From contig JAYOBT010000004.1 in the NCBI GenBank assembly GCA_038105035.1, positions 1,803 to 65,802 on the forward strand: 64,000 nt of DNA, read 5' to 3'. This stretch comes from Candidatus Poseidoniales archaeon (GTDB taxonomy: Archaea; Thermoplasmatota; Poseidoniia; Poseidoniales; Poseidoniaceae). Below are positions 63,169-64,000 of the stretch, piece by piece (positions within the stretch are counted from its first letter, which is position 1; the number at the start of each line of letters is the position of its first letter). Below the pieces are notes generated by a model. That model did not search any database and was not told the DNA's origin. It worked only from the letters and a program-made list of their open reading frames with translations. Made by a program: the position numbers and the translations under genes.

Positions 63169-64000
63169 TCAAGAACCGTATTTTTCTTTGATATCGTTGT
63201 GGAAGTTGTCCAAGAGCGTGTCTTCAAACAATTCCGTTTGTCGACGAATTTTCGTCGAGCGAATGTGAAGAATTGCCCCCAGAACAAAAACGATGATCAT
63301 GATAGGAATAACCGCTTCGAGCTTGTATTTGTGCATGATTTTGATGATGCCTTCAGCGGTGTAGGCCCAAGTGATTGAGGCGATGAAACCACCTATCATG
63401 GTCGCAATGAGGACACGCATGAATTTCATGCGAGACAGGAGTCCTAGCATGGCTCCGACCAAGACGCCGGAAGCCATGAACGGAATCCAAACGAAGACAA
63501 TGAGCCCCCAGAATCCCCATTTGTTGATCATTTCACGCTTCTCGTTGGCCGTGTATTCGACCGTTGAAAGGATGTCACCGAGCAATTTCGTCTGCAACAT
63601 ACGGCCGCCGAATCCATCTTGGCGAGCGACGGCAGCGATTCGCTCATCTTTGTCGCCTTTTCGTTCAACACGGCCAGCACCCGAACGATCTGCAAGGGTT
63701 GAGACCTGGTTACGTGCCTTGACAATCAACTCTTGAGAGGTGAGGATATCTTGATTTCTCTCCGAAATATATTTTCTCAATTCGTCTTCAACTTCAGAGG
63801 CTTGTCGCTTAAACCGGAAGAACGCAAGGCGAGTTGTTGGTTTGAAGATGATTGAAACAAACACAATGCGGTCATCGCTGGTTATCACTGCATTTTGCAG
63901 TTCGAGCGTTTTGTCTCGAACGAAGTAGAGATCAAGCGAATCCCGAACCTCATCTTCGATTCGTGAGAGTGAGTGAAGTTCTTCGAAAAAGGAAGTGTAA
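63169..64000 (-). CDS. Membrane protein with a C-terminal small-multidrug-export-like (COG2426) domain; 5' end probably outside the window
   Basis: WGFWGLIVFVWIPFMASGVLVGAMLGLL resembles that family. The frame stays open from GTG 63888 up to nt 64000 with no stop. Confidence 0.45.
   Translation of the reverse strand, partial: YTSFFEELHSLSRIEDEVRDSLDLYFVRDKTLELQNAVITSDDRIVFVSIIFKPTTRLAFFRFKRQASEVEDELRKYISERNQDILTSQELIVKARNQVSTLADRSGAGRVERKGDKDERIAAVARQDGFGGRMLQTKLLGDILSTVEYTANEKREMINKWGFWGLIVFVWIPFMASGVLVGAMLGLLSRMKFMRVLIATMIGGFIASITWAYTAEGIIKIMHKYKLEAVIPIMIIVFVLGAILHIRSTKIRRQTELFEDTLLDNFHNDIKEKYGS

Overview
Gene-dense chromosomal segment with about 49 CDS. Spacers are mostly under 110 bp and many starts and stops overlap by 1-8 nt. 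By eye I found no rRNA, tRNA, CRISPR array, transposase or integrase. The gene content points to a marine planktonic euryarchaeote of the Marine Group II / Poseidoniales type; this is inference only. That content includes Trm5/Taw2, a TrmB-type regulator, stand-alone RAM-domain proteins, TATA-like boxes about 26 nt upstream of first-gene ATGs, a very acidic proteome, class II photolyase, crtB/crtI, exopeptidases and giant Ca-binding adhesins. Three themes stand out. (1) About one third of the window encodes seven large secreted or C-terminally anchored proteins with eukaryote-like extracellular modules: TSP3 repeats, a 7-repeat FG-GAP integrin-alpha-like propeller, a parallel beta-helix, Ig/PKD-like arrays and minimal LDL-receptor-A-like modules. 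(2) A co-directional 10-gene array on the minus strand (41279 to 32083) runs ribA-bcp-trmB-DUF1295-ubiB-crtI-thioredoxin-ABA4-like-crtB-GT2. It sits back to back with nudix-photolyase-SRPBCC/epimerase, which looks like a light/oxidative-stress locus. (3) Housekeeping genes: gpmA, tungsten-type aldehyde:ferredoxin oxidoreductase, uvrC, pyrC, mogA, thiamine pyrophosphokinase, S15/M29/M32 peptidases, and a small glycan cluster with a ColD/ColC-like pair. The most unusual signal is in the predicted cytoplasmic tails. A Trp-rich WW-domain-like module ends three unrelated proteins, while the giant adhesins carry PPLP / PPPP / PPGR proline-rich tails. This suggests an undescribed WW-like / polyproline adaptor network beneath the archaeal membrane. 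It remains a hypothesis, and all domain calls are motif recognition by eye with no searches run.
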